Source: Pseudomonadota bacterium (GTDB lineage: Bacteria > Pseudomonadota > Alphaproteobacteria > Acetobacterales > Acetobacteraceae). From it: 64,000 nucleotides of DNA. The translations under genes were made by a program, and so were the position numbers. Shown here piece after piece: positions 62,217-64,000 of the stretch. The DNA lies in NCBI GenBank assembly GCA_021809435.1, contig JAKBAD010000002.1, positions 260,042-324,041 of the forward strand. Reading direction: 5' to 3'. Each line of letters opens with the position of its first letter. Position 1 is the stretch's first letter. Below the pieces are notes generated by a model that searched no databases, was not told the DNA's origin, and saw only the letters and a program-made list of their open reading frames with translations.

Positions 62217-63119
62217 ATGGAGCTTGCGCATTTAAGAGTGTTCGAAACCCTGGCCGATGAGCTGCATTTCGCCCGCGCGGCCGACCGGCTGGGCCTCACC
62301 CAGCCCGCCGTCTCGCGCCAGATCGCGGCGCTCGAAGCCAGCCTCGGCGGTAAATTATTCGACCGCGCCAAGCGCTCCCAGGTCACCCTCACCGCCACCG
62401 GCGCGCTGTTCCTGCCCGAGGCCCGGGCCATTTTACGCCAGGCCGAGCGGGGCGAAGCCCTGGCCAGACGCGCCGCCCGCGGCGAGGTCGGGCGGCTCGA
62501 AATCGGCTATGTCGCCTCCGCCGCCTGGGGCGGCGTGGCGGCCGCGCTGGTGCGGCGCTTTCTCACCCGCGCGCCCAAGGTCGAGGTGCATTTGCAGGAA
62601 CTCGAAACCCCCCGCCAGATCGAAGAGCTGGCCGCGGGGCGGCTCGATCTCGGCATTTTCCGCACCCGGCCCGCCTACCCCACCGAGCTGAAAGTCCAGC
62701 CCCTGCTGCAAGACACGCTGCAAATCGCCCTGCCCGACTCCGACCCGCGTGCCGCCCAGCCCGTCCTCCACGCCGCCGATCTGGCCGACGCCCGCTTCAT
62801 CCTGCCCCATTTCGGCGAGGAGGCCGGGTTCCTCGCGCGCATCCAGGCGCTCGGCCAAGCCGGCGGTTTCCCCCCCGAAATCCAGCCCCCGGTGCGCGAC
62901 TTTCTCACCGTGCTCACCTCGGTCTCGGCCGGGCTGGGCGTGGGGCTGGTGCCTGAAAGTGCCGGTGCCCTGCATCTCCAAGGGGTGGTGCTGCGGCGGG
63001 TGGCCGATGTGGCGCTCAATTCCGGCCTGGTGCTTGGCGCCCGGCGGGCCGATTCGTCTCCCCTGGTACGGCGGTTTTTGCAAATGGCCCAGGAGCGGCC
63101 TAAGAGCGGCCATGGCTGA
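62217..63119 (+). CDS. LysR family regulator divergent from gcdH
   Basis: LHFARAADRLGLTQPAVSRQIAALE. Confidence 0.92.
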   Translation: MELAHLRVFETLADELHFARAADRLGLTQPAVSRQIAALEASLGGKLFDRAKRSQVTLTATGALFLPEARAILRQAERGEALARRAARGEVGRLEIGYVASAAWGGVAAALVRRFLTRAPKVEVHLQELETPRQIEELAAGRLDLGIFRTRPAYPTELKVQPLLQDTLQIALPDSDPRAAQPVLHAADLADARFILPHFGEEAGFLARIQALGQAGGFPPEIQPPVRDFLTVLTSVSAGLGVGLVPESAGALHLQGVVLRRVADVALNSGLVLGARRADSSPLVRRFLQMAQERPKSGHG

Positions 63120-64000
63120 ATCTTATGATGTGGTGGTAATCGGCGCGGGCGCGGCCGGGCTGTTTTGCGCGGGAACCGCCGCGCAACGGGGCAAACGCGT
63201 CTGCGTGCTCGAACATGGCGCGGCGCCCGGCCGGAAGATTTTAATTTCCGGTGGCGGGCGCTGCAATTTCACCAATCTCGATGTCACGGCGAAGAATTTT
63301 CTCTCGGCCAACCCGCATTTCGCCAAATCCGCCCTGGCGCGCTTCAAGCCGGCTGATTTCATAAAACTGGTCGAGGAATACGGCATTTCTTACCATGAGA
63401 AAACGCTGGGCCAGCTCTTTTGCGATGGCGGCTCAGAGCAGATTCTGCGCCTGCTGCTTGCCCGCATGACGAACGCCGATTTGAAACTCTCATGTGAAAT
63501 TCAAAACATATCTCATGATGGTGGGTTCGTCATCAATACATCGCACGATGTGTTCCGCGCCCCCCGGCTGGTCATCGCCACTGGCGGGCTCTCGATTCCA
63601 AAGCTGGGCGCCACGGGGTTTGCCTATCAGCTGGCCAAACAGTTCGGGCTGGGCGTGGAGCCCCCCGTGCCAGCCTTGGTGCCGCTGACCTTTGGGGCCG
63701 CCGACCTCGCCTGGATGAGCCCGCTGGCCGGGCTCTCGGTGCCCACCAGGGTGAGCGCGGGCAAGGTGAGTTTCGATGAAGGGGTGCTGTTCACCCATCG
63801 CGGGCTTTCAGGTCCGGCGGTGTTGCAGATTTCGTCTTATTTGACCGGCCAAAACCAGACAAAACCACAAAATGCCACACAAACCCCCGAAAAATTGTGG
63901 TTTTGCGTGGATTTCTGCCCGGATGTGCGGTTTTCCGAGCACCTGCCCGCGCTCAAGCGGGCGCGGGCGCGCATCGGGCTCAAATCCGCGCTCTCGGCAC
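63112..64000 (+). CDS. HI0933/YhiN family flavoprotein (partial; not in the ORF track because it runs off the window)
   Basis: MAESYDVVVIGAGAAG, GRKILISGGGRCNFTN, IATGGLSIPKLGATGF, FTHRGLSGPAVLQ; open frame to the window end. Confidence 0.92.
   Translation, partial: MAESYDVVVIGAGAAGLFCAGTAAQRGKRVCVLEHGAAPGRKILISGGGRCNFTNLDVTAKNFLSANPHFAKSALARFKPADFIKLVEEYGISYHEKTLGQLFCDGGSEQILRLLLARMTNADLKLSCEIQNISHDGGFVINTSHDVFRAPRLVIATGGLSIPKLGATGFAYQLAKQFGLGVEPPVPALVPLTFGAADLAWMSPLAGLSVPTRVSAGKVSFDEGVLFTHRGLSGPAVLQISSYLTGQNQTKPQNATQTPEKLWFCVDFCPDVRFSEHLPALKRARARIGLKSALSA

Noticed and set aside
62920-64000. Third GC-skew switch inside lysR
   Set aside because: Sampled lines beyond 63.1 kb were mixed (some C-rich), and the G-rich stretch is partly explained by Gly/Val-rich sequence

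Overview
High-GC alphaproteobacterial chromosomal window, probably Acetobacteraceae-like (inferred from gene content and order, not verified). It is mostly core genes: codA (partial), ydfG, comM, a repeat-bearing glycosyltransferase, bioA/B/D, metA, ppk1, hdaA, purM/N, cfa, rplI-rpsR-rpsF, Pat, dnaB-alr-mlaEF, groES/EL with CIRCE, Zur plus a Zn ABC transporter, FixL-FixJ-receiver-FixK, a carbamate-kinase-like gene, an amino-acid ABC transporter without its ATPase, the F0 ATP synthase genes, ccrM, hcp-reductase-nsrR, an hprK-rapZ-PTS cluster, a GlpA-like/oxidoreductase/FGGY operon, caiB-gcdH-LysR and a partial HI0933 flavoprotein. No rRNA, tRNA, CRISPR, transposase or phage gene was recognised. 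The most unusual signals are mostly non-coding. (1) A 128-bp CTAG-delimited two-hairpin element occurs at three loci, including an exact 3x128-bp tandem array, and shows compensatory base changes and a conserved GANTC (CcrM) site. (2) A second hairpin mosaic, bounded by TAGAGC, supplies the stop codons of both bioD and metA. (3) A SAM-I-clan riboswitch with a competing anti-P1 hairpin lies upstream of metA. (4) An intact but catalytically degenerate carbamate kinase gene sits directly upstream of fixL. (5) A palindrome lies in frame inside the HI0933 gene. (6) A block of about 20 kb with reversed GC skew is bounded by repeat-rich intergenic regions. All calls come from reading the sequence by hand; no database searches were run, and start codons were refined by eye.
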